Shown: positions 40,838-51,428 of the stretch, piece by piece
Layout of the letters: the number at the start of each line of letters is the position of its first letter
Position numbering within the stretch: the first letter of the stretch is position 1
Assembly: GCA_918797485.1 (NCBI GenBank)
Contig: CAKKNE010000003.1
Location: 4,650,001 to 4,714,000 of the forward strand
Direction of reading: 5' to 3'
DNA from: Pelagomonas calceolata
Taxonomy: Eukaryota
Length of the DNA: 64,000 nt
Notes under the pieces: generated by a model
Database searches by the model: none
What the model was told of the DNA's origin: nothing
Seen by the model: only the letters and a program-made list of their open reading frames with translations
Position numbers and translations under genes: made by a program

Positions 40838-43569
40838 ATGCGGTCGCTCGTCGTCCTCGGCGCGGGTGCGGCCGCGGCGGTTCCGAACCACGTGGTGCTC
40901 GTGGGGGGCAACCTCACGCTCGACGGCCGATCCGTGTCCCTCGCGCGCTACGATCCAGAACGAAGGAGCTGGGCCGCCGCCTACACGTCGAAGCTGTACG
41001 CCGACGCGGCGGACGCGCGGGCGGCGGGCGTGATCCGCGCGGTCGCGGCCAACGGGTCGCGCGAGGTGTTCCTGGGCGGGCGGTTCGACGCGACGAGCGC
41101 GGACGCGCAGGCGCTGTACTGCGGCGTGGGGCGCCTCGTGGACCGCGGCCCGAACGACGGCGCGCGCCTCGAGCGCGTCGGCGACGGCGCGTGGTGCGCG
41201 CGCGCGTTCGCGGCGCAGCCCACGACGATCCGCGCGCTCGCGGTCCGCGGCGCGCTGCTGTACGCGGGGGGGCGCTTCGCGAGCGAGGTGTGGGACGGCT
41301 CGCGCTTCGCGCCGGTGCGGCACGTCGCGCGGTTCGACTCCAACCGAAACGCGTGGTTGCCGCTGCGGGGCGGGCGGCTCGGGAGCGCGGACGACGCTTC
41401 CGTGAACGCCCTCGCGTTCTGCGACGACCAGCTGCTGATCCTGGGGCGGTTCGGGACGCTGGCCGGCAAGGCGCTCGCGTCGCCGAACGTCGCGGTGTAC
41501 GAGCCGGACGCGGGCCTCGCGCCCGACGCCGCGGGCGGCTTCGTCTTCGCGAGCGGCGCGCCGGCCGCCGTCGACGCCGTCGCTGTCGATCAGGCGGCGG
41601 GCGTCGCGTACGTCGCGGGCAGATATGATGCGATCGTCCCCGGCGGCCTGCCGTGCGCCGGCGTCGCGGCCAAGCCGTTCCGCGAGGCCGGCCACGCGTG
41701 GCGCTGCGTCGCGGACCCGGCGTTCGCGTTCGAGCCGGGCTCGGTCGAACTGCTCCACGCCGGCGCGCGTCTCTTCGCGGCCGGCGCCGCCGCGATCAAC
41801 AGCTCGTGGGCCGCCCAGTCGCCGCGGCGCGTCGCCGTCGCCGTCTTCGCCGCGCCGCCTTCGCGCCGGCGGCTGCGCCGGCGGCTGCGCCGGGGCCGCG
41901 GCAACGCCACGGTGGGATCCGAAGTCATCGCCGCGTCGGCCTGGCAGTGGCTCGCCGGGTGGCGGGGCGTGGACGGCGCGCCGCGCGCGCTCGCGGCGGT
42001 CGCCGGCGACGCCGGGGCCTTCCAGCTCGTCGTCGCGGGCGCCTTTGACGACGCGCCGCCCGTCGCGGTCTGGACCGAGGACGCCCGGCTGGGGCCCTAC
42101 CAGTCCCAGGGCGGCCAGGCGCTGCGCGGCGTCGCCACGGCCGGCGCGGCCGTCGTCGCGGCGCGCGGCGCCGGCTCCCACGCCGCCGCGAAGCCGAAGC
42201 CGCGGGACGACGTCGACGCGGGCCTCGCTTTGGTCGTCGAGGCATCGCTGATCGGCCTGTGGCTCGGGGCCGCGGCCCTGCTGGTCGCGCTCGCCGCCGC
42301 GCTCATCCGACGGTGCTGGCCCGCGCGGAAGCCCCGGCTCAACAATCTGCGCGACGGCATCAGCCTCGCGACGCTGACGGGCGACACGCACAACCAGTTC
42401 GACGTGGAGTTCGGCGACGCGTACCGGGCGGCGATGAAAGCGAGGCACCTGCGCGACGCGCACGCGCTCGTGCTCATCGACCCGGCCGAAATCGTACTGA
42501 GGGACGTGATCGGGGAGGGCTCGTTCGGGCGCGTCTGGTCGGCGACCTGGCAGTCGTCGGAGGTCGCCGTGAAGGAGTTCGTGCTCGCCCAGGCCGCGTT
42601 CGCGGGCGGTTCGTTGCAAAGACGCGACATCGTCGAGGCCATCGTCGGCGAGGCGGGCATCATGGCCTACCTGCGCCACCCGAAAGTACTGCAGCTGTAC
42701 GGCTGCGCCCTCACGGCCCAGGCCATCTGGATCGTGTCCGAGCTCTGCGCGCACGGGTCGCTGCGGCAGGTTCTAGACGATGACAAGGTGGAGCTGAGCG
42801 TGGAAACGCGGCTGCGCATGGCCATCGACGTCGCGGAGGGCATGCTCTTCCTCCACACGCGCGAGCGGCCCATCGTGCACCGCGACCTCAAGTCGCACAA
42901 CCTGTTCGTCGCGGACGTGCGCGGGCGGCTGCGCGTGCGGATTGGGGACTGGGGGTCGGCGCCCGCGCGGAACTCGAATGAAAGTCGCTGCGTCTGCCCG
43001 CCGGCGCGGGGGCGGACCGGGACGAGTCGCTCGCGCGGACCGCCGGGCGATTTCCCCGCAGGTCGGCGCGGGCCGTGGCGGCCACGCCGGAGGGCTTCGC
43101 GCGGTCGATGACGCACGGCGTCGGCACGACCTGCTGGCTGGCGCCCGAGCTCATCAAGGACAACACGGGCACGGAGACGATCGACGTCTACGCCTTCGGC
43201 ATCGTCCTGTGGGAGCTCGCGACGCGCGAGGAGGTCTACCACAACCTGAGCGCGGCGCAGATCATCTCGCGCGTGGCGAACGAGGGCCTGCGGCCGCCGC
43301 TGCCGGCGGAGTGCCCCTGGCGCGACGTCATGGCGGCGTGCTGGGCCGAGGACCCGCTGGACCGGCCGTCGTTCGCGGCGATCTTCGCGGCGCTGTCGCG
43401 CCTCCACGAGGACCTGACGGGCGCGCCGGCGGAGGCGGGGCCGGGGCATCTGCCCCTCGTCGAGCGGCACCGGCTCCAGCGCGAGCGGTCCCGGTCCGGC
43501 CGGCGCCGGTCCGGGCGGTCGTCGTCGGCGCGCGCCGGGGGGTACGGCGCGGCCGACGTAACGACGTAG
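40838..43569 (+). CDS. Receptor-like tyrosine-kinase-like (TKL) kinase; 2 exons (intron 42955-43061)
   Basis: Signal peptide, repeated beta-propeller-like xGGxF motifs, TM helix, GEGSFGRV, VAVK, HRDLKSHN, DWG, WLAPE, DVYAFGIVLWEL. Confidence 0.88.
42955..43061 (+). mobile_element. Introner intron (107 bp)
   Basis: Perfect TSD gtcggcgc (42955-42962, 43062-43069). 11/14 TIR ccgcgcggaactcg / cgatttccccgcag. Confidence 0.88.
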
Positions 43570-43831
43570 TGTGAGTCCAGTACCGCCGGCCCGGAACCTT
43601 GGGTGGCGTGCAAAGTGGGAGGGAGTGCTTGAACTGGACTCTTGTTGTGTTGTCGTGTAGCACTGCCCCTTAACAATTTCTAGGAGATGACACTCTAGCC
43701 TACACTACAAGGCTTGTGCATTGGCGAGAGGAGGAGGCAAAAGGCATAGGCCTACATCTCGGCAAGCTTTGACGGAGTTGGCGGGCCACAGTCAAGCTCT
43801 GCGTCTCGCTGATCTTCTGGAGGACGACAGC

Positions 43832-44704
43832 ATGCAGGGCGCCTGGGGATCTGCTGGCGACGACGCCGCCGCGCCCAAGGCGGCGGCGTCGGCGGTCGCG
43901 GTCCACGCCATCGTCGCCTTCGGCGCCCTCGACCACTTCCTCCGGCGGCAGGAGGGCCAGCAGCGCGTCATCGGCACGCTGCTCGGCCGGATCGACGGCC
44001 GGACCGTCACGGTCACGAACTCGTACGCGGTGCCCTGCGAGGAGGGCGCCGACGGCACGGTCGCCGTGGGCCAGGACTACCAGGAGAAAATGTCGCGCCT
44101 TCTAGCGAGGGTGAACCCCGACGAGGCGGTCGTGGGCTGGTACGCGACGCCGGGCGCGGACGGCGCGCCGACGGACGACGCCAGCGAGATGATCCACGGC
44201 TTCTACGCGGGCGCGTGCGCGGGGCAGGCGCCGGTCCACCTCGTCGTGGACCCGCGGCTCGAGGGCGACGCCGGGATCACGCTCCGGGGCTTCGTTTCTG
44301 ACGGCAACGGCTTCGCCGAGATCCCGTGCGAGCTGGCCTTCGACCGGGGCGAGCGCCTGTGCCTGGCGCGCATGGTCCGGGGCCAGCGGGAGCCCTTCGG
44401 CTCCGCCGAGTCCGTCGCGGACGTGATGGACGCGGACGAGGACGGCCTCGCGCTGGAGGACGCGCTGCGGGACGTGGACGCGCTCGCGGCGTACGTCAAG
44501 GCGCGCCGCGCGGCGAACGAGGACGTCGACCCCAAGGTCGCGCGCGCGCTGAACGAGGCCCTGGCCGCGCTCCCGAAGATCGAGGACGCGGTCGCGCGCG
44601 GCGCGCTCCGGGCCGAGACGCGGGACGTGCTCATGGTCAGCTACCTCGCCGGCGTGACGAAGGCGCAGCTCGCGATCGGCGCGAAGCTCCACGAGAGCTT
44701 CTAG
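43832..44704 (+). CDS. EIF3F: Translation initiation factor 3 subunit F (MPN domain)
   Basis: LDHFLRRQEGQQRVIGTLLG, TNSYAVP, VNPDEAVVGWYAT, PVHLVVD, DVLMVSYLA. Confidence 0.88.
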   Translation: MQGAWGSAGDDAAAPKAAASAVAVHAIVAFGALDHFLRRQEGQQRVIGTLLGRIDGRTVTVTNSYAVPCEEGADGTVAVGQDYQEKMSRLLARVNPDEAVVGWYATPGADGAPTDDASEMIHGFYAGACAGQAPVHLVVDPRLEGDAGITLRGFVSDGNGFAEIPCELAFDRGERLCLARMVRGQREPFGSAESVADVMDADEDGLALEDALRDVDALAAYVKARRAANEDVDPKVARALNEALAALPKIEDAVARGALRAETRDVLMVSYLAGVTKAQLAIGAKLHESF

Positions 44705-44732
44705 CAGGAAGGGGGGGCTAAGGAAGGCTCGC

Positions 44733-45752
44733 TTACCCCACCTCGCCCGCCCACTTCGTCCGCAGCAGCGCCGCGCGGACCTCGCCGTAGTTCGCCACGA
44801 CCTCGGCGAGCGGCCGAGACACCGACTTGGTCAGGACGGACGCGTTCGCCTGCCACGCCTCGTCGACGCCGAGGAACCGGTACGCGCGACGCAGCTCCCG
44901 TTCAGGATCGGCGACGAGGTCGCCGTACGCGATGTACAGGATATCGTCGAACGCGGCCGCCGCGCGCGCCCAATTCAGCAAGGCACTGAAGCGCCGCACG
45001 CCGGCGTCCAGCTGGGTCTCGAGCGCGCCGGCGTCCAACGTAACGCGCTGCGCCGACACGCGCGCGGCGCACGAAGCATCTCGGCAGTGCGTCGGGACCG
45101 CGTCGACGCCGCGCTGCGAGCTCAGGTGCTTGAGGCGGTCGCTCACGAGCTTGGCGAGGCCCTGGCGCTCCAGAACAATCAGCTTCGCCGCGTGCGCGGC
45201 GCGCCACGCCGAGAGGTTGCCCAGCGCGGCGTTCTCCGAGGCGACGGACGCGCCGCCCTGGCCGTCGAACCACTTGAAACCGCGCGCGCGCGCGCCCGGC
45301 TTCCGGCACGGCCGCAGCACCTGTGTGGAAATCAACCAGTGTGTCGGGTTCATTTCTCGGCGATGACGTGGCCGCGCTGGCTCCGTCGAGCGGTGAGGAA
45401 CCGACATCGCCACGCCATCGAGCAGGCGGCGCGTCGATGGCGTGGAGGTCGACGCGGCGATTCACGACGACGGCGCCGTAAATTTGATTTCCACACAGCG
45501 CAGCACGTCGTCGTACTCGGGGGCGGCGCCGCGCGCGAACGCGTCGAGGGCCCTCCTAATGTCGAGGCCGCCCGGGCGCTGCGCGCGGCGACCGAGCCGC
45601 AGTAGCACCTCGCCGTCGCAGCAGACGCGTGGGTGGCCGGCGAGCATGAGCCGCAGCCACTCCGTGCCGCTCCTCGGCGCCGACACGACCACGAAGAGCT
45701 GGACTGCGCCGCTGCTGCCGAGGAGCAGGAGGGCAGCAAACAACGAAAGCAT
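44733..45752 (-). CDS. Sulfotransferase (Stf0-like); 2 exons (intron 45321-45506)
   Basis: Signal peptide, VVVSAPRSGTEWL...L.GHP...GE, GFKW, LIVLER, YGDLV.DP, FLGV. Confidence 0.8.
45321..45506 (-). mobile_element. Intact Introner intron (186 bp)
   Basis: Perfect 15-bp TIR ctgtgtggaaatcaa / ttgatttccacacag (45321-45498). Perfect TSD cgcagcac (45313-45320, 45499-45506). Confidence 0.95.
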
Positions 45753-45820
45753 GCGGGGCAGCCGGCTCGATTATCATCGCCGGGCCGTGCCGCTCCGGCT
45801 CGACCGAGGCCTGTATACAC

Positions 45821-45872
45821 GTACCTACGGTACCGTAGGTACCGTACCTGCTATGATATGGCCACGTATCCT
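45821..45872. promoter_or_regulatory. GTAC-core array plus shared 34-bp motif
   Basis: About 70 bp upstream of ATG 45752; tail identical to 13031-13064. Confidence 0.5.
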
Positions 45873-46010
45873 TGTTCAGCGATATTAGCTTCGGTATGTG
45901 CTGGTGTCTAATGAGCTGGGTACAGCAAGTGCACAATGCAGCTGTTGTAGCTAGGTCTCTCGGGTGTCAATGTGACACGGAGATGCCAACAGGAAGAACT
46001 CCGAGTCTCA

Positions 46011-46311
46011 CTGAAACGTGAGAGTGTGGGAACCGTGACCCCCTCAACCCTGAGAAGACAGAGTTGGAATAAAGGAGATTAAGAGGGAGAAGGAAGTATC
46101 CTAAGATACAGGCCACTAGCCTCTGATATCTACTAGAACCTGAGAGAAGCTCTAGATAAAGGCCCGGGTAACTACACTGGCAGTATCATCTGAAACGTGA
46201 GAGTGTGGGAACCCCCTCAACCCTGAGAAGACAGAGTTGGAATAAAGGAGATTAAGAGGGAGAAGGAAGTATCCTAAGATACAGGCCACTAGCCTCTGAT
46301 ATCTACTAGAA
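46011..46311 (+). repeat. ~125-bp direct repeat pair (46011-46138, 46190-46311)
   Basis: Near-identical copies differing by a 6-bp indel, with a 51-bp spacer. Confidence 0.85.
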
Positions 46312-46485
46312 TGCGAAGAATATACCCCTAGTACCCTACGTCAAAATAACTTTGAAGTTGATGTTTCTTTTTTTCATCATCTTTTTTGATTAGAGGCCGA
46401 TTGTCCTACGAGCGCAGCGAATAGGGCTTAATTGATTGGCCTCTAAGATCAAAAAAGTGGTGTAGTAAAAAACCACTCAACTTAT

Positions 46486-47274
46486 TGAGGTGAAAACTCC
46501 CCTAGATATATATCTGCAACGCCATAGCCCCCTATCGCCGGATCTATGGCTACATTACTCTCGCCTATCAGCACGCTATATCAGCCGGCACGTGCCCGGG
46601 GCTGATATTTCCCTGGATGATGATGATAGAGACAAGTTTGAGGCTGGGGACATGTGTATTGTAGACCTGACTGATGACGATGGGACTCCAAACTGGGGAT
46701 TGGCCAAGATTACCGCAGTTAAACCCCAGAACCCCAAAGAGGAGTTCCATCTCCATTGGTTTGGGACCTACTCCAAAGCTAAGAGCCTCGCCAAGCGGGC
46801 TTATGCCCCAGCATACATCGACAGCAGGGACGATCTTGAGATCTATAAGTGGAAAAAGACAAAAACCTTAGAAGAAATGACCATGAGGGTCCACAGGTCC
46901 GAATTGCGATTCTACCCGTTCAGTTTGACGAATAAGAACGAGATTCCAGTGAAAATCGTTAAAGAATTGGTTACTGATGGATACGCGGTGATGTTGATTT
47001 CAACGATAAATTAGCTGAAGACCCGGCTTGAGTTCCAGGAAGGGGGGAGTGAGGTGAAAACTCCCCTAGATATATATCTGCAACGCCATAGCCCCCTATC
47101 GCCGGATCTATGGCTACATTACTCTCGCCTATCAGCACGCTATATCAGCCGGCACGTGCCCGGGGCTGATATTTCCCTATATCCCGTATCTTCTTACTTA
47201 TCCAAGTGGATCAAGCCCGGCGCTAAGTAGGCGCCGTAAAAACACCGGGGTGAACCTAAAGTAAGTTCACTTCA
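46486..47274 (+). mobile_element. Internally deleted LTR retrotransposon (Gypsy-like)
   Basis: Partial 5' LTR 46486-46613, coding remnant to 47014, polypurine tract aggaaggggggag, full 3' LTR 47050-47274 (TG..CA), 4-bp TSD TTAT. Confidence 0.88.
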
Positions 47275-47372
47275 TTATATCATCAACATGTTACCTACCG
47301 GTACGCCGGTGCCGAGTAGGCCCACTAGTCCTAGTCGCCGGGAGTCGGCATGCCCCCCCCCGCCTTAGGGAA

Positions 47373-48050
47373 CTACGGCGCTTCGAGCCCGGCGGCCGCG
47401 CGGGCTTTTCGGACGCGCTCGGCCCGGAGCGCGAGCGCGCGCTCGCGCTGCTTCGTGATCGCGCCCATGAACCGCGCCGAGTTCTCCAGGGGTGTGAAGA
47501 AGGGTCGGTGCGTCGACTGCCGCGCGAAATGGCAGCGCGGGTACTGTTTTTGTAAAATCTTGGTCTCGAGGGCCATCGTGTGCAGGTCGCCGGCCGAAGG
47601 TAAATCTTGCTGTCGTGCCCGATGCCGGTTGAGGCGCCGGACCTGCTCCGCGTTCCAGGCGCTCTGGCGGCTGAAGATGTGCGACGACGGCGCGCGGCGC
47701 TGGGTGGAGACCTGGTGCAGCGCGATCTGGGAGGGGTCGTACTTGGCGGGCCCGGGGCTGAGCGTGCTGACTTTGGCGTGGGGCCCGCCGAACTTGACGA
47801 CCTTATGTGATTTCTGGGGGTCGTAGGCCGCGCCCGCGGGGCCGTAGAATGTGAACGCGGAGCCGGACCGCAGCCTCGAGGAGACCTGCCGCCCGACGGG
47901 GCTCGTCTCCAGGCGCCTGCGTGGAGCACGCGTCGCCCGCGGCGCCGTCGCGCATCGGTCGACGCAAAAGTGAAGGGTCCGGACGTCGGGGCAGCGCGTG
48001 GAGAAGGTAAGGAGGTGCTCCTCCGCGACGGTCGCGTCGTCGGGCAGCAT
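47373..48050 (-). CDS. SHIPPO-repeat / ODF3-like protein
   Basis: SAFTF.GP...YDP and SPGPAKY...RAP.S..F repeats. Confidence 0.5.
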   Translation of the reverse strand: MLPDDATVAEEHLLTFSTRCPDVRTLHFCVDRCATAPRATRAPRRRLETSPVGRQVSSRLRSGSAFTFYGPAGAAYDPQKSHKVVKFGGPHAKVSTLSPGPAKYDPSQIALHQVSTQRRAPSSHIFSRQSAWNAEQVRRLNRHRARQQDLPSAGDLHTMALETKILQKQYPRCHFARQSTHRPFFTPLENSARFMGAITKQRERALALRAERVRKARAAAGLEAP

Positions 48051-48351
48051 GGTGTTCCTTCTCGACGGAGCTTCACTGGACGAGCAATGCGCCTTTTCAG
48101 TGTACCAGGGTGAGGCACGGGCGCTAGCAAGCTCTCAGTAGCATGCTACAAGCTCGTAGCATGAAGCTCGTAGCATGCGCTAGACGGGCCGGGTTTGGGG
48201 CTAGAGGGGCTAGGGAAAGAGCTTGGAGGGGGGGGTTTGCATACTGTAAGTGCTGCAGTTAGAAGGTGGCGCAGTGCCGGCCGTGCGGATGCGTTGTGTC
48301 GGCTCGCGTTTGCGCGTCCCGGCTGCCCCGGTCGAGGAGTGACGGAACGCG

Positions 48352-51023
48352 ATGCCCTGCTGCGGCCCGTCGAGGGAGTCCGAGGCGGACGCCGCGGCCA
48401 GGGCCTTGGGGGTGGACGCGACGAACGAGGCGGGCCCGCTCGCCGGCGCGGGCAGCCGCTGCACCGACGCGCTGTGCCTACTTTGTATAATCGCGTGCTG
48501 GCTCGGGCTGACGATCCTCGGCCTCGTCGTCACGGGCGTCCCCGGCTTTGCCGTTGATACGCTGCCGGCGGGCGATCCGCGGCGCCTCCTCTTCGGCGTG
48601 GACGACCTGGGCGACGTCTGCTCCGTCGAGGAGCACACCACGTACCACGCGGACGGCTCGTACAAGACCTACGACGTGAGCGCCCTCCGGAAGAGCTACT
48701 ACCTGCCGAGCGGGGCCGTGGTCTGCGTGCGGGCGTGTCCCTCCGAGGACGACGCGCGGCGGTTCGTGTGCGACTACGACGCCGCCGCCGCGCTCGACAA
48801 ACACCTCGCGCGGGGCGACACGCACGAGTACTGGTCCGCCGGCCTCGCCTACGTGCTCGAGGCGCGGTGCAACTTCGTGTGGGCGACGACCGAGATCTTG
48901 AGTTATTGCGCGTTCGACGCCGCGCCCGACATCGGGGGGGCGCTCGCGGCGTCGGAACCGATGGACGCGCCCACGCCGCGCCCGACGCTGCAACGTGGCC
49001 CCTCCACCTCGCAGCCCTCGCCGCGCCCCACGCCCGCGCCCACGACGCCGAAGCCGACGGCCGTCTACACGCCCGCGCCGACTTTTAATGCGTCCTTGCC
49101 GTGCACGCAAGCGCTGGACCGCGCCTACTGCGATTCGCTGGTCGGGAAAAACGGCTCCCGGGCCTACTGCTACGACTGGTTCTGCCCCACGTGCGCCTTG
49201 CCCGGCGCCTGCGACTTCGCCTGCGGCTTCTGCGAGAGCCGGGCGCCCACGCCGCTGCCCCAAGTGCCCCAGCGGGACGGCGCGTCCGCCGCCGTCTACG
49301 AGGAGATCGCCGCGGACGTCTTCGCGACGCGCGACTGGATTCTGCTGTTCGGCTTTTTGGTCGCGGCCGCGTTCGGCTTCGCTTACCTGGTGGTGCTGCA
49401 GATCCCGTTCCTCCTGTTCGCGATGGTGTGGGTCCTGCTGGCATCCGTTCTGATCATTCTGGTCGCCGCGGCCGCGCTCGCCGCGGCTACGGCCCGGGAC
49501 TGGGCGGCCGAGGACCCGCCGGCGCACTCCGAGCGGGAGCTGCAGGTGATGAGGGCGCTCGCGGCCGTCCTCGTCGTCGCGAGCGTCCTCTACGCGTGTC
49601 TATTGGTCGCGCTCCGCAAGCGCATCACCCTCGCGATCGGCATCCTCAAGGAGGCCGCCCGCGCGCTCACGACGATGCCCGCGCTCGCGCTCCTCCCGGT
49701 CGTCCAGTGCGCCGGCCTCGCCCGCCCCGGCGCCGAGGTCTCGGCGCGTCGCGTGATCGGCCGACGTCCGCGCAGGTCCTCTTCTTCACGGTCTGGATCA
49801 TCTACGCCGCCTACCTGGCCTCCGCGGGCGAGCTCAAGACGAGCTACGTCGAATATAACGGCGCGCAGATCTCCTACAAGGAATTCGAATACTCGAGGGA
49901 CCAGCGGTGGGCCGCCCTCTACCTCGTGTTCGGCTGGTTCTGGACGAGCGAGTTCATCTTCGCGCTGGGGCAGCTCGTCGTGGCGGGCGCGGTCGTCCAG
50001 TGGTATTTCACGCGAGACAAGGCAACGGCGGCGCTCGTGACGCCGCAGGCGGTCCTCCGCTTGTTGGTGCGCATCGCGGGGCGCCACGCGGGCACGGCCG
50101 CCTTCGGCGCGTTGGTGATAGCGGTCTGCAAGACGCTGCAGGTCGTCGTCCAATACATAAAAAGGTGCACGCCCGCCAAGGAAAACAAGCTCGCCAAGAT
50201 CGTGTTGGATTGCATCACCTACTGCCTCGTGGCGGTCGAGAAGTGCGTCCGCTTCCTGAACAAGCACGCCTACATCCAGACAGTGCTGCACGGCGTCGGC
50301 TTCTGCACGGCCGGCTTCCGCGCCTTTGCGCTCATCATGGCGAACGGCGGGCGCGTGACCGCGGTCGCGTGCGTCGCCAAGCTCGTCCTCTTCTTCGGCA
50401 AGCTTTCCGTCGCTTTGGCGACGACGTTTTGCTTTTACGTGTCCGTGTTGATGGATATGCAGGACAAGCTGCACGGGGTGATCGCCCCGTCGCTCGTGTG
50501 CCTCGCGGTGAGCTATTTCACCGCGGACGCCTTCAATAATGTTTTCGAGATGTGCATCTGGACTATACTCCAGTGTTTCGTCGTCGACGAGACGCAGTTC
50601 TCTTCCAACCCGTTCGCGTCCGGCGCGCTGTCTGGTTGCATTAAGAAGACGGCCGCGGCGAAACCGGGCGGAGGGTGTTGCGGACGACCAAAGAAAGGAG
50701 AGGGGCCGCTCTGGGACAAGTTTTGCGGGTTCGACGCCGACGGGTCCGGCGTCCTCGACGCGGCAGAGCTGCGGGCGCTGTTGAGGAAGTGCACCGGCGC
50801 CGAGCCCTCGGAAAAAGAGGTGGCCAAGATGATGGCGTCGGTGGACGAGAATTCGGACGGCGTCGTCGACTTCGCCGAGTTCAGCGAGATCCACCGGAAG
50901 GCGTTGGACGGCTCGCTCGAGTTCCGGGCCCTGGCGGACGCGATGACGTCGTTCGACGCGCTCACGGCCCAGATGGACGACGACGACGACTCGGACGCGG
51001 CGCCGGACGCCGGGGCGGGCTAG
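48352..51023 (+). CDS. Choline transporter-like (CTL/SLC44) protein with C-terminal EF-hand pair; 2 exons (intron ~49720-49775)
   Basis: RCTDALC, GDPRRLLFGVD..G.VC, FGWFWTSEF, HAGTAAFGAL, FLNKHAYI...G.GFC, TILQCF..D; DADGSGVLDAAEL and DENSDGVVDFAEF. Confidence 0.88.
49720..49775 (+). other. Short intron, probably GC-AG (donor uncertain)
   Basis: Frame change between the two CTL ORFs; acceptor CGCGCAG; QCAGL|VLFF. Confidence 0.6.
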
Positions 51024-51141
51024 GGTCCTAAATTTTCAAGTTCTATTCGTAGCACCCCGCCGCGGCCGGGGAGTTCCACACTGGGATAAACTTCGTAAAA
51101 TCGCGTCATGGTCGCCTTTACTAGTAAGAAGGCTCTTCTGA

Positions 51142-51220
51142 CGGTTGGGCATCCTGACCGAGCAGGGAGAAGGCTCTTAGGAGCTTGTTCCTTTTTTTTT
51201 GGTCTGCTTATTTTAATTTA
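51142..51220 (+). mobile_element. LINE family D 3' fragment
   Basis: ggttgggcatcctgaccgagcagggagaaggctcttaggagcttgttcctttttt, identical to 52854-52909. Confidence 0.8.
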
Positions 51221-51428
51221 ATCCGAGTCTACGGTTTATAGACGCCTGGAGGGAGACGACCTACGGTACTTGTGGCTTCCAGCAAGGCCCGCATTTAGGA
51301 CGGTGGCGGACGGTAGCGCCGCCGGCAGCTGCCCCGCGGGAGGTGAGGCTGCCCTCGCCAGGCTGGCGGCCCCGGAAGGCTACTTCCATGTGCCGGCGCC
51401 GCCGGGCAGGCAAGCGGCAGCCTCCGCG

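Noticed and set aside
46490..47014. 174-aa ORF as a host gene
   Set aside because: Chimera of LTR sequence and a retroelement coding remnant created by internal deletion.
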